Positions 9,078-17,903 are shown, counted from the first letter of the stretch. The stretch: 32,000 bases of DNA from an uncultured Alphaproteobacteria bacterium (GCA_963711195.1 CAVQDK010000003.1:93423-125422), one strand, 5' to 3'. The notes: generated by a model from the sequence alone, not told the origin. A program made the numbers and translations.

Positions 9078-9952
9078 ACTGGACGCGCGACAGGGCCGGT
9101 TGGCCGAATGCGGATGCCAGCCGCATCGTCGAGATCGACCGGATGCGCTGGCACGTGCAGCAGATGGGCAGCGGTCCGCCGGTTCTGCTGCTGCACGGCA
9201 CCGGCGCGACCACCCATTCCTACGCCGCTCTCATGCCGTTGCTCGCAGAGCGGTATGCAGTGACCGCCATCGACCTGCCCGGCCATGGCTTCACCGGCCG
9301 CATCACCAGCGGCAGCCCCGCCTTGCCGAACGTGGCACGCGCAATTGCAGGCCTGCTCGACAGGGAAGGTATCGTGCCGCAAGCCGTCGTCGGTCATTCG
9401 GCAGGCGCGGCCATCGCGGTCCACATGAGCGGCGAAAAGCTGGTGGACCCCAAGGCGCTCGTCGCCATCAACGGCGCGTTCTATCCCTTTCCCGGTTTCG
9501 CCGGACACATCTTTCCCGCCGCCGCAAAACTGCTGTTCTTGAATCCCTTCGCGCCGCGCCTGTTCGCCTTCGGTGCGGGCAGGCGTCGGCGTGTGGTGGA
9601 CCTGATCGCCTCCACCGGCTCCACCCTCGACGAGCGGGGCATCGACCTTTACCAGCGCGCGCTGACTTCGAGCGACCACGTGGAGGGGACGCTGGCGATG
9701 ATGGCGCACTGGAACCTGAACGACATGCAGCGCCGGTTGGCCGCCCTCGACCTGCCCCTGCTGCAGATCGTCGGTGGCAGGGACGCCACGATCGATCCCG
9801 CCGCCGCCAACAGGACGGCGGACGTGCTACAGCACGGCGAAATGCGCACGTTCGACGGGTGTGGCCACCTGGTCCACGAGGAGAAGCCTGCCGAGGTGGC
9901 GGAAACCATTGCAGAATTTCTCGCGCGCCACGGCATCGCCCGACACGAATGA
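9074..9952 (+). CDS. bchO: Magnesium chelatase accessory protein BchO (alpha/beta hydrolase)
   Basis: GTG overlaps the bchD stop (GTGA). RWHVQQMGSGPPVLLLHGTGATTHSY, nucleophile elbow GHSAGAA, C-terminal GCGHLVHEEKP. Position after bchD as in other PGCs. Confidence 0.85.
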   Translation: MNWTRDRAGWPNADASRIVEIDRMRWHVQQMGSGPPVLLLHGTGATTHSYAALMPLLAERYAVTAIDLPGHGFTGRITSGSPALPNVARAIAGLLDREGIVPQAVVGHSAGAAIAVHMSGEKLVDPKALVAINGAFYPFPGFAGHIFPAAAKLLFLNPFAPRLFAFGAGRRRRVVDLIASTGSTLDERGIDLYQRALTSSDHVEGTLAMMAHWNLNDMQRRLAALDLPLLQIVGGRDATIDPAAANRTADVLQHGEMRTFDGCGHLVHEEKPAEVAETIAEFLARHGIARHE

Positions 9953-9968
9953 TGCTTGCGCAAATTAA

Positions 9969-10000
9969 TTGGACACTGATAGTGTCCAATTATGACGACA
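9969..10000. promoter_or_regulatory. CrtJ/PpsR-type operator overlapping the crtI start codon, embedded in a 21-bp perfect palindrome
   Basis: tgtccaattatgacgaca at 9983-10000 is TGTC-N10-GACA and contains the crtI ATG (9992). ttggacact-gat-agtgtccaa at 9969-9989 is a perfect 9+3+9 palindrome. No Shine-Dalgarno-like purine run lies before ATG 9992. Confidence 0.65.
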
Positions 10001-11545
10001 CACGTTCCCCCGTCCGACCTCGTACCCTCGGTTCCGATCGGTAGGCCAGACCGGCCTCACGCGGTCGTCATCGGCTCGGGCTTCGGCGGTCTGGCAGCCG
10101 CCGTCCGCCTCGGTGCTCGCGGCTACCGGGTCACGGTGCTGGAAAAGCTGGAACAGGCGGGTGGACGCGCCAGCGTCTTCCGGCAGGACGGTTTCACCTT
10201 CGACGCCGGCCCCACCATCATCACCGCGCCGTTCTGCTTCGAGGAATTGTGGGCCCTGTGCGGGCGCACCATGGCCGACGATGTGACCCTCGTGCCGATG
10301 GAGCCGTTCTATCGTATCCGCTTCGACGATGGCGAAACCTTCGCCCCCTGTTCCGACACGGCGCAGATGCACGCCGAGATCGCCAAGTTCAATCCCGACG
10401 ATATTGCGGGCTACGAGGCCTTCATGAAGGTCAGCAAGAAGCTGTACGATTTCGGCTTCGGCGAGATGGGGGACAAGTCCTTCGAGAACGTGTCCACTAT
10501 GGGCCGTATGCTGCCGAAGCTGGTCACGAACCGCGCCGACCGGTCGGTCTATGCGCAGGTTTCGAAATACATCAAGGACGAGCGCCTGCGTATCGCGCTC
10601 AGTTTCTATCCGCTCTTCGTCGGCGGCAATCCGCTGCGCGTCACCTGCATCTACAACCTCATCCGCCATCTGGAAGGCACTTACGGCGTGCATTTCGCGA
10701 TGGGCGGGACAGGCTCGCTCGTCGACGGGCTGGTGGGGCTTATCGAGGGGCAGGGCGGATCGGTCGTGCTGAACGCCCCGGTCGACCGTATCATCGTCAA
10801 GGACGATGCCGCCTGCGGCGTGCGGCTGGAAGGCGGCGAGATCATCGATGCCGATGTGGTCGTCTCCAACGCCGATGCCGTGTGGGCCTATGAGAACCTG
10901 ATGCCGGAGCGGCCTGCCAAGCGCTGGACAGGCAAGAAGCTGTCGAAGGTGCACCATTCGATGAGCCTGTTCGTGTGGTATTTCGGAACGGACCGTCAGT
11001 TCGAAGACGTCGACCACCACACGATCCTGATGGGCCCTCGCTACGAGGAATTGCTGCGCGACATCTTCGACCGCAAAATTCTGGCGGAAGATTTCAGCCT
11101 CTACCTGCATCGCCCCACCGCGACCGACCCGTCGCTGGCACCGGATGGGTGCGATGCCTTCTACGTGCTCTCCCCCGTGCCCCATCTGGAGGCCGATGTG
11201 GACTGGACGGTGGAGGCAGAACGCTACCGCGCGAAAATCGAGCAGCGGCTGGAGGACACCATCATGCCCGGCCTGTCCGGCTCGGTGGTGACATCGAAAA
11301 TCATGACGCCGCTCGACTTCGAAGACCGTCTCAACGCCCCGTTCGGGGCTGCCTTCGGGCCGGAGCCACGGCTGCTGCAAAGCGCATGGTTCCGTCCACA
11401 CAATGTCAGCGAAGAGGTGGACAACCTCTATCTCGTGGGCGCAGGCACCCATCCCGGCGCAGGCGTGCCCGGGGTCGTGACCTCGGCGAAGGTGCTCGAC
11501 CGGGTCGTGCCCCATGGCGACAGCGTGGTGCGCACCGATGGCTGA
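9992..11545 (+). CDS. crtI: Phytoene desaturase
   Basis: Intact 517 aa. AVVIGSGFGGLAAAVRLGARGYRVTVLEK FAD fold, C-terminal LYLVGAGTHPGAGVPGV. Confidence 0.93.
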   Translation: MTTHVPPSDLVPSVPIGRPDRPHAVVIGSGFGGLAAAVRLGARGYRVTVLEKLEQAGGRASVFRQDGFTFDAGPTIITAPFCFEELWALCGRTMADDVTLVPMEPFYRIRFDDGETFAPCSDTAQMHAEIAKFNPDDIAGYEAFMKVSKKLYDFGFGEMGDKSFENVSTMGRMLPKLVTNRADRSVYAQVSKYIKDERLRIALSFYPLFVGGNPLRVTCIYNLIRHLEGTYGVHFAMGGTGSLVDGLVGLIEGQGGSVVLNAPVDRIIVKDDAACGVRLEGGEIIDADVVVSNADAVWAYENLMPERPAKRWTGKKLSKVHHSMSLFVWYFGTDRQFEDVDHHTILMGPRYEELLRDIFDRKILAEDFSLYLHRPTATDPSLAPDGCDAFYVLSPVPHLEADVDWTVEAERYRAKIEQRLEDTIMPGLSGSVVTSKIMTPLDFEDRLNAPFGAAFGPEPRLLQSAWFRPHNVSEEVDNLYLVGAGTHPGAGVPGVVTSAKVLDRVVPHGDSVVRTDG

Positions 11546-12626
11546 GACCCTCGACGCATCCGGCCTGACGCCTGCCCATATTCGGGCATGCCGGGAATCG
11601 ATCCGGCTGGGCTCGAAATCCTTCTTCGCCGCCTCACTCATCCTGCCGCGCCGACAACGCAATGCGGCCTCCGCCCTCTACGCCTTCTGCCGCCTGTCCG
11701 ACGACGTGGCCGATGCGCCCTGCGCCACCCACGCCTCCATCGACGGGCTGGAGAAACGGTTGGCCGCCGCCTACCGCAACCGCGCGCCCGCCTGCTCGAT
11801 CGACGAGGCCTTCGCCCGGGTCGTGGATCGCTACGCCATTCCGCGCAGCGTTCCTGCTTCCATGCTGGAGGGCTTTCGCTGGGACATCGATGGCAGACGC
11901 TACGAAACGCTGGGCGATTTGACGGCCTACGCCGCCCGCGTTGCAGGCACCGTAGGCGTGATGATGACGCTCATCATGGGCCGCAACGGGGCCGCGACGC
12001 TTGCGCGGGCCTGCGACCTCGGCGTGGCCATGCAACTGACAAACATCGCCCGCGACGTGGGGGAAGATGCCCGCAACGGGCGACTTTATCTGCCCCGTCA
12101 ATGGCTGCGCGAGGAGGGTATCTGTCCCGATGCGTTTCTGAGCTCACCCATCTTCACACCGGCACTGGCGCGTGTGGTCGCCCGGCTGCTGAACGAGGCC
12201 GACACGATCTACGCCCGCTCGCTGACGGGGCTCGCCGATCTGCCGCTGTCGTGCCGTCCGGGCATCCGCACCGCCGGTCTGGTCTATGCCGAAATCGGCC
12301 AGCAGGTGCGCGCCAACGGCTACGATTCCGTCAGCCGCCGCGCCCATACGTCGGGCCGCCGCAAGATGGCGCTTCTGGCGAGGGGCTGCGCGAGCAGTCT
12401 CGCCTCGACCGTCGCCGGCGCGCGCTGCGACGACAGTCCGACCTTGGTCGAAACCGCCTATCTGGTGGAGGCCACTGCCCGGGCACAGACTGCGACCATG
12501 AGCGGGGGCGAGTGGTTCTTCGATCTCGTGGCACGGTTGAACGAGCGTGATACCGCCCTCGTGGCCCACATGGCTTCAAACGGAACGAGTAGCACGGTCA
12601 GTGGTTCTTCGGCCCAGACGTCCTGA
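11538..12626 (+). CDS. crtB: Phytoene synthase
   Basis: ATG 11538 overlaps the crtI stop (atggctga). GSKSFFAASLILP, YAFCRLSDDVAD, DIDGRRYETLGDLTAYAARVAGTVG, NIARDVGEDARNGRLYLP. Confidence 0.9.
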   Translation: MAETLDASGLTPAHIRACRESIRLGSKSFFAASLILPRRQRNAASALYAFCRLSDDVADAPCATHASIDGLEKRLAAAYRNRAPACSIDEAFARVVDRYAIPRSVPASMLEGFRWDIDGRRYETLGDLTAYAARVAGTVGVMMTLIMGRNGAATLARACDLGVAMQLTNIARDVGEDARNGRLYLPRQWLREEGICPDAFLSSPIFTPALARVVARLLNEADTIYARSLTGLADLPLSCRPGIRTAGLVYAEIGQQVRANGYDSVSRRAHTSGRRKMALLARGCASSLASTVAGARCDDSPTLVETAYLVEATARAQTATMSGGEWFFDLVARLNERDTALVAHMASNGTSSTVSGSSAQTS

Positions 12627-12689
12627 GGCGATACGCGGCAGCCATGTCGTGCTAGGCTTCCATTTTGCAACAACCGGAGATGCGCGAAC

Positions 12690-13190
12690 ATGAGCTGGTC
12701 CCTGCTGGCATTCGTGGGTGTCAATTTCCTCACGGCCATGAGCGGCGGCTTCTTCCGGCCCGGCGCGTGGTTCCGCAACCTGAAGAAGCCGTCCTGGCAA
12801 CCGCCGGACTGGGCGTTTCCGGTGGTCTGGTCGGTGCTCTACGCCATCAACGCCTTCGCGGGCTGGCTGGTCTGGCGCGAGGTCGGGTTTGCCGGTGCGG
12901 GCGTGCTGGCCTTTACGGTATACGGCGTCTCGCTGGTGCTGAACGCGGCATGGTCGGCAATATTTTTCGGCATGAAGCGCATGGGGCTGGCGACGTTGGA
13001 AGCGGTCCTGCTCTGGTTGTCGGTCGCCGCGCAGATTGTCCTGTTCCTGCCCATCAACGCGCTGGCGGGGTGGATTCTCGTGCCCTACCTGCTCTGGGTA
13101 ACCATCGCGGTGGCACTCAGCGGCACGGTCTGGAAGTTGAACCCGGAGGAACGCGTCCGGCGCGGGTCGGGCGGTGGCGGGCTGAAATGA
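12690..13190 (+). CDS. tspO: Tryptophan-rich sensory protein TspO (CrtK)
   Basis: Intact 166 aa, five hydrophobic segments. KPSWQPPDWAFPVVWSVLY and LNAAWSAIFFG motifs. Classical position after crtB. Confidence 0.9.
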   Translation: MSWSLLAFVGVNFLTAMSGGFFRPGAWFRNLKKPSWQPPDWAFPVVWSVLYAINAFAGWLVWREVGFAGAGVLAFTVYGVSLVLNAAWSAIFFGMKRMGLATLEAVLLWLSVAAQIVLFLPINALAGWILVPYLLWVTIAVALSGTVWKLNPEERVRRGSGGGGLK

Positions 13191-13333
13191 AGGGCTCCAC
13201 CATCGCCTTCATTCTCGAATTCGGCCTGATCTTCGGCTCCGCCCTCGGCTTCGGCTTCTGGCAATTGTGGAGTTTGAAGAAGCTGAAACGGGAGCGCGAG
13301 GCGAAGGAGGCGGCCGAACGCAACGGCGACTAG
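13187..13333 (+). CDS. Hypothetical 48-aa single-helix membrane protein, translationally coupled to tspO
   Basis: The ATG overlaps the tspO stop (ATGA at 13187-13190). MKGSTIAFILEFGLIFGSALGFGFWQLWSL followed by KKLKREREAKEAAERNGD. Third codon positions are almost all G/C in the hydrophobic part, as in the neighbouring real genes. Its TAG overlaps the crtC stop on the other strand (CTAG at 13330-13333). Confidence 0.5.
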   Translation: MKGSTIAFILEFGLIFGSALGFGFWQLWSLKKLKREREAKEAAERNGD

Positions 13334-14247
13334 GGCCGCCGCGGCATGCGAAACGGAAGCAGGCACCGCACCCACGGCTTCGAGAAACGGTCGAGGTCGA
13401 GGCTTTCGTGCACGGCGGTGACCCGCTCGTCGTCGAACGACGTGGCAATCCGCGAGCGTGTGTAGAACGGCGTGTCCTCCAGCATCGCCAGCGTCTTTGC
13501 CTGCGTGCTGCCTGCAACGGGTGTTTCGCGCGCAACGCGCCAGATGGGGCCGGGGGGAAGCTTTTGCCGTGCCGGTAGCGGGATATGGCGCACCGTCGCC
13601 TTCTCGTCGAACCGCAGCGCCAGATGCCGTTCCTCGCCGTCCCGGGCAATGGCATCGTAGTAGACGCCTGCCCCGTCCGGCAGGGCGGCACGGGACCAGT
13701 TCCACGACCGGAACCCGTCTTCCAGCGGCTCCGACCCCCAGTTGGAATCGATATAGGCCTCCCCCGACCAGTCTCCGCCGGGTGATGCCATGGCGACGGT
13801 TGCCCGCGCGGCAGGCGCGATGGGCTGCCAGAAATGGCGTCCGTTCGCGTCCAATGCAAACGGCGCGGTGGTGCGAGACGGTGCGCTGACGCGGATCGTC
13901 CCCTTCACCTTGCGGGGGATGGGCACCGTCCACTCGTCGATCTCGATGACCAGATCGTCCCCGTCCCAGCGCAGGCTGCTTGGGCCGATATCGAGTCGGC
14001 GTGGTGCCTGCGTAAGCGCCGACCGGCCCCGCTCCGTCATCGTCCATCGATTAAAGCCCGGACCGTAGAGACCGACGTTGAGCGCCACGTGGTTGCGCGG
14101 ATTCGTGCGGCCCGACCAGGCGTAATAGGGCGAGAAGACGGAGCCGATCAGCGCGATGATGGAGAAGCCGTAGCGCCCGCAATCGCTGATCGCATCCGCA
14201 TACCACCAGGCATAGCCGCCCGCGGGAACGTCTATGTCGAAGCGTGG
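13330..14247 (-). CDS. crtC: Hydroxyneurosporene synthase (acyclic carotenoid 1,2-hydratase); start codon unresolved
   Basis: PRFDIDVPAGGYAWWYADAISDCGRYGFSIIALIGSVFSPYYAWSGR... through ...RCLLPFRMPRRP* is CrtC-like over ~305 aa. No ATG/GTG/TTG occurs in frame within ~45 codons upstream of PRFDIDV. The 5' end overlaps the crtD stop (14232-14234). 14247 is the first confidently homologous codon, not a start. Confidence 0.82.
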   Translation of the reverse strand, partial: PRFDIDVPAGGYAWWYADAISDCGRYGFSIIALIGSVFSPYYAWSGRTNPRNHVALNVGLYGPGFNRWTMTERGRSALTQAPRRLDIGPSSLRWDGDDLVIEIDEWTVPIPRKVKGTIRVSAPSRTTAPFALDANGRHFWQPIAPAARATVAMASPGGDWSGEAYIDSNWGSEPLEDGFRSWNWSRAALPDGAGVYYDAIARDGEERHLALRFDEKATVRHIPLPARQKLPPGPIWRVARETPVAGSTQAKTLAMLEDTPFYTRSRIATSFDDERVTAVHESLDLDRFSKPWVRCLLPFRMPRRP

Positions 14248-15698
14248 TCCGCCATGATCCGCTCCGCCGCCAGCATCCCCGAAAGGGTTGCCATCGGCAC
14301 GCCCGCCCCCGGATGCACGCTGCCCCCTGCCAGATACAGTCCGCCGATCCGGGTCTTGGTGCCCGACCGTGCGAAGGATGCCGTCCAGCCGTGGGAGGCC
14401 CGCCCGTAGAGCGCTCCGCCGGAGCCGGGAAACAGCGTCTCGAAATCCGCCGGTTGTGTCGCGGTCAATCGGCCCGCGTCCTCGTTCAGGTCGAGGCCAC
14501 ACCGGCGCAGGTGCGAGAATGTCGTCTCTTTGCATAGGGCCAGTTCCTCGTCGGTCAGGCGGCGTTCGTCCCCGAAGGCGGGGGCGTTGATCAGGCACAG
14601 CAGCCGTTCCGGACCATCGGGAACGGCACTGTCAGAAGTCCTGTCCCCGGTTCTGTCCTGCGCGCAGATATAGACGGTTGGCTCGTCCGGCATCTGCCTT
14701 TGGCGGAAGATGCGGTCGAACTCCCGTCTGTAGTCCGACGAGAAGAAGACGTTGTGATGCTGCAATGCAAAGCCGGACGCCGTCGCGGTGCCTGTCCATG
14801 TCAGCGCCGACAGGGAGCGTTTGGCGGGCGGTACGGTCAGGCTCCGCGCCTTGCGTCCTGCGAAGTCGTTCTGCGAAAGGCGCGAGGCGTCGCCGTTATA
14901 GACGACCGTGTCCGCCTCCAGCACGTCGCCGCTGGCCAGCCGAACGCCCGTCACCCGCCCGTCGACGGGTTTCCAGCCCCGCCACGTCGCTCCCGTGCGA
15001 ATATCCGCGCCCTGCGCCGAAGCCACCCGCGCCATGGCCAAAGCCAATTCGTGCATCCCGCCCCGCACGGTCCACACGCCCTCCCGCTCCACATGGGCGA
15101 TGAGCATGAGCGTTGCGGGCGCTTGATACGGGGAGGAGCCGACATAGGTCGCGTATCGCCCGAACAGCTGCCGCAGCCGGTCGTCTGGAAAATAGTCGCC
15201 GAGCGCCTGCCACAGAGTATGGAATGGGCGCAGCGCCAGCAGCTTCCCGGGATTGCCAAGCCCGATGCGCTGACCGAGACCGATGGGAGAGGGCCGGGGG
15301 GCTGCGATGAACGTGTCTCTCAGCGTTTCGAACACTGCTTTGGAATCGGCGCAGAACCGACGATAGCCGGCAGCGTTGTCGCCGCCGAAGACCCGCTCGA
15401 CCTCCGCTTCCGTACGCGCCTGATCGGCGAACAGGTCGAACGGCCCTGTATCGGCCCAACCGTGCCGGGCGAGAACGCTGGCCCGATCGACGCCCACCTC
15501 ACGGTCCACCGACGTGCCCGCAAGCGCGAAGAGGCGGTCGAATACCCATTTCATCGTGAGCACGGTCGGCCCCGCGTCGATCGCGTGACCATCGACATCC
15601 ACCCGGCGCATCTTGCCGCCCGGTGCGGCTTCCTTTTCCAGCACGAGCACCTTGCGCCCTTGCGCCGACAGGGCGATGGCCGCCGAAAGCCCGGCCAT
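14232..15698 (-). CDS. crtD: Methoxyneurosporene / hydroxyneurosporene dehydrogenase (C-3,4 desaturase); N-terminus unresolved
   Basis: 488-aa ORF with a CrtI-family body and C-terminal GGSVHPGAGVPMA. ATG 15698 falls inside the dinucleotide-binding motif. The in-frame codons just upstream read GRTIIIGAG-MAGLSAA, but that frame has no start between the stop at 15768-15770 and 15698. Confidence 0.85.
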   Translation of the reverse strand: MAGLSAAIALSAQGRKVLVLEKEAAPGGKMRRVDVDGHAIDAGPTVLTMKWVFDRLFALAGTSVDREVGVDRASVLARHGWADTGPFDLFADQARTEAEVERVFGGDNAAGYRRFCADSKAVFETLRDTFIAAPRPSPIGLGQRIGLGNPGKLLALRPFHTLWQALGDYFPDDRLRQLFGRYATYVGSSPYQAPATLMLIAHVEREGVWTVRGGMHELALAMARVASAQGADIRTGATWRGWKPVDGRVTGVRLASGDVLEADTVVYNGDASRLSQNDFAGRKARSLTVPPAKRSLSALTWTGTATASGFALQHHNVFFSSDYRREFDRIFRQRQMPDEPTVYICAQDRTGDRTSDSAVPDGPERLLCLINAPAFGDERRLTDEELALCKETTFSHLRRCGLDLNEDAGRLTATQPADFETLFPGSGGALYGRASHGWTASFARSGTKTRIGGLYLAGGSVHPGAGVPMATLSGMLAAERIMADHAST

Positions 15699-15774
15699 TC
15701 CGGCACCGATGATGATTGTCCGACCAGGAATTGATCGACGCTCCGAAACAGGCTGTTGATTTCGCCGTCAATAT

Positions 15775-15818
15775 CGTCAACATTATTGGACAATTCAAGC
15801 TGTCAAATCGATTGGACA
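15775..15818. promoter_or_regulatory. Tandem CrtJ/PpsR-type operator in the crtD / crtE divergent region
   Basis: CGTC-N10-GACA at 15775-15792 (one mismatch) and perfect TGTC-N10-GACA at 15801-15818 (tgtcaaatcgattggaca), separated by 8 bp. This is the same architecture as the bchC site. On the minus strand, TTGACA (15806-15801) could serve as a -35 for crtD. Confidence 0.7.
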
Positions 15819-15853
15819 CCATCGATTTCGACGCGGAAGCGGGGGGACGATCG

Positions 15854-16724
15854 ATGGAAAGTGCTGCACGGATCGAACAGGCGCTGGAAGCCGCCATCGC
15901 GCGGGCAACCGCCAAACCCTGCCCGCCGAAACTGGCCATGGCCGTCCATCACGCCCTGTTTCCCGGCGGTGCCCGGGTGCGCCCGCAACTGACCTTGGCG
16001 GTGGCCGAATCCTGCGGCGCGCGGGACGATGCGCTTGTGGACAGCGCCGCTGCCGCCATCGAGATGCTGCACTGCGCCTCCCTGGTCCACGACGATCTGC
16101 CCTGTTTCGACGACGCCGATATCCGCCGCGGCAAGAAGAGCGTCCATACGCTCTACGGCGAGCCGATCGCCGTCCTGACCGGCGATGCGCTGATCGTGGA
16201 AGCCTTCAACACCGTGGCGCTTGCCGCCGCCCGGAACCCCGAACGGCTTGCACCGCTCATCACATGCATCACGAAAGCCGTCGGCATGCCCGGTGGAATT
16301 GTCGCCGGGCAGGCATGGGAGAGCGAAGACCGAGATCGACGTCACCGAATATCACCGTGCGAAGACCGGCGCCCTGTTCGTCGGCGCGGTGAGTGCCGGT
16401 GCCATCGCGGCGGGGCAGGATCCCGCCCAGTGGCGCCCGCTCGGCACCTATATCGGGCAGGCCTACCAGCTGGCCGACGATCTACTCGACGCCGTGGGCG
16501 GCTCCGAGGAATGCGGCAAGCCGGTGGCGCAGGACACGGCCAATGCGCGCCCCAACGCGGTGCTGCAATTCGGCCTGCAGGCCACCATCCGGCGGCTGAA
16601 GGACACCGTCGAATTGGCCGCGTCTTCGGTGCCGGACTGCGATGGTGCCGACGGCCTGCGCGGGTTGATCGTGGCGCAGGCGACCCGGCTCGTACCGGCG
16701 GAACTGGCCAAACAGGCCGCCTGA
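15854..16724 (+). pseudogene. crtE: Geranylgeranyl diphosphate synthase, frameshifted near 16328
   Basis: ATG 15854 is preceded by a G-rich SD. LVHDDLPCFDDADIRRG (first DDxxD) is in the first frame up to ...GQAWESE. After gaa[g]acc the next frame (ORF 16221..16724) reads TEIDVTEYHRAKTGALFVGA...GQAYQLADDLLD (second DDxxD). 871 nt minus 1 gives 290 codons. Confidence 0.88.
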
Positions 16725-16743
16725 CCCGTCCGGTCTCACCGAC

Positions 16744-17864
16744 GTGAGCCTCACCACCCGCTGGATCGCGTTCCGCAACCTCTGTCTGCGGTCGCCCCGC
16801 TTCCACGCCTTCGCCACGCGCTTTCCCCTCACCCGCCCGATCGTGCGCAAGCGCCAGAGCGAACTGTTCGACCTCGTCTCCGGCTTCGTCTACTCGCAAA
16901 TCCTGTCGGCATGCATCGAACTCGACGTGCTGGCCAAGGTCGGCGACGGGATCGGCCTGACGGATCTGGCGACGACGAATCGGTTTGCCGGACGACGAGA
17001 CCCGCCGGCTGGCCGATGGAGCCGCCTCGCTACGACTGTTGCAACATGACGACGGCCTCTACCGGCTGGGCGATCTCGGCGCGGCGCTCACGGCCAATCC
17101 TGGCGTCATCGCCATGATTCGCCACCACGGCGCGTTCTACCGCGACATGGCCGATCCGGTGGCCATGCTGCGCTCCGGCAGGGGCGAGACCCACCTGTCG
17201 CGCTATTGGGATTATGCGCGCAGCGGCAACCCTGCCGACAGCGACGCCGATGCCGTGCGCGCCTATTCGCAGCTGATGGCCGAGAGCCAGGCGATGGTCG
17301 CAGCCGAGGTGAACGCTGTCATCGACTTTTCGCAGCACCGCACACTGCTGGATGTGGGGGGCGGACACGGTGCCTTCCTGAAAGCCGTCGCGGAGCGGAA
17401 CCCTGCGCTGCGCCTGCAACTGTTCGACCTGCCCGCAGTGGTGGCACAGGCCGAGCCGGAACTTGCAGCAGCAGGACTGGCGGACCGGTCCGAAACTTTC
17501 GGCGGTTCCTTCTTCGACGACCCGCTTCCCCGCGGCGCGGACCTCGTTTCTCTCGTGCGCATCCTGCACGACCACGACGACGAACCGGCTTCGGCGATCC
17601 TGAAAGCCGTGTTCGACGCGTCTGCCCGGCGGCGGCAGGCTCATTGTGTGCGAACCCATGTCCACCGGCGGTTCGGCCCACCGCATCAGCGACGCCTATT
17701 TCAACTTCTATCTCCACGCCATGGGCAGCGGCCGTCCGCGCCCGCCGCAAATGCTCATCGCCATGCTGGAGCAGGCCGGATTCGAGGACGTGACGTTGGT
17801 GAAAACCCGTTCGCCTTTAATCACCAGCGTGATCTCGGCTCGTCGACCCGCAGATAATGTGTAG
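16744..17864 (+). pseudogene. crtF: Demethylspheroidene / hydroxyneurosporene O-methyltransferase, two frameshifts (near 16972 and 17621)
   Basis: Three consecutive frames carry the homology. Frame 1: GTG 16744 ...PLTRPIVRKRQSELFDLVSGFVYSQILSACIELDV...LTDLA. Frame 2: RRIGLPDDETRRLADGAASLRLL...LLDVGGGHGAFL (SAM motif)...ILKAVFDA. Frame 3: LPGGGRLIVCEPMSTGG...GFEDVTLVKTRSPLITSVISARRPADNV*. Junctions gcg[a]cga and gcg[t]ctg. 1121 nt minus 2 gives 373 codons. Confidence 0.85.
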
Positions 17865-17903
17865 AGTTTGCTTGACATTAAAAAGTGTCAAAATACTATG
17901 ACA
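17860..17903. promoter_or_regulatory. bchC promoter with tandem CrtJ/PpsR operators
   Basis: TGTA-N10-GACA at 17860-17877 and TGTC-N10-GACA at 17886-17903, 8 bp apart. TTGACA (17872-17877), a 16-nt spacer and TACTAT (17894-17899) form a near-consensus sigma-70 promoter. Its -35 and -10 each lie inside one palindrome, the arrangement established for the Rhodobacter bchC promoter. Confidence 0.8.

Noticed and set aside
9965-11662. 565-aa minus-strand ORF antisense to crtI
   Set aside because: Shadow ORF. CrtI on the plus strand is intact and highly conserved.
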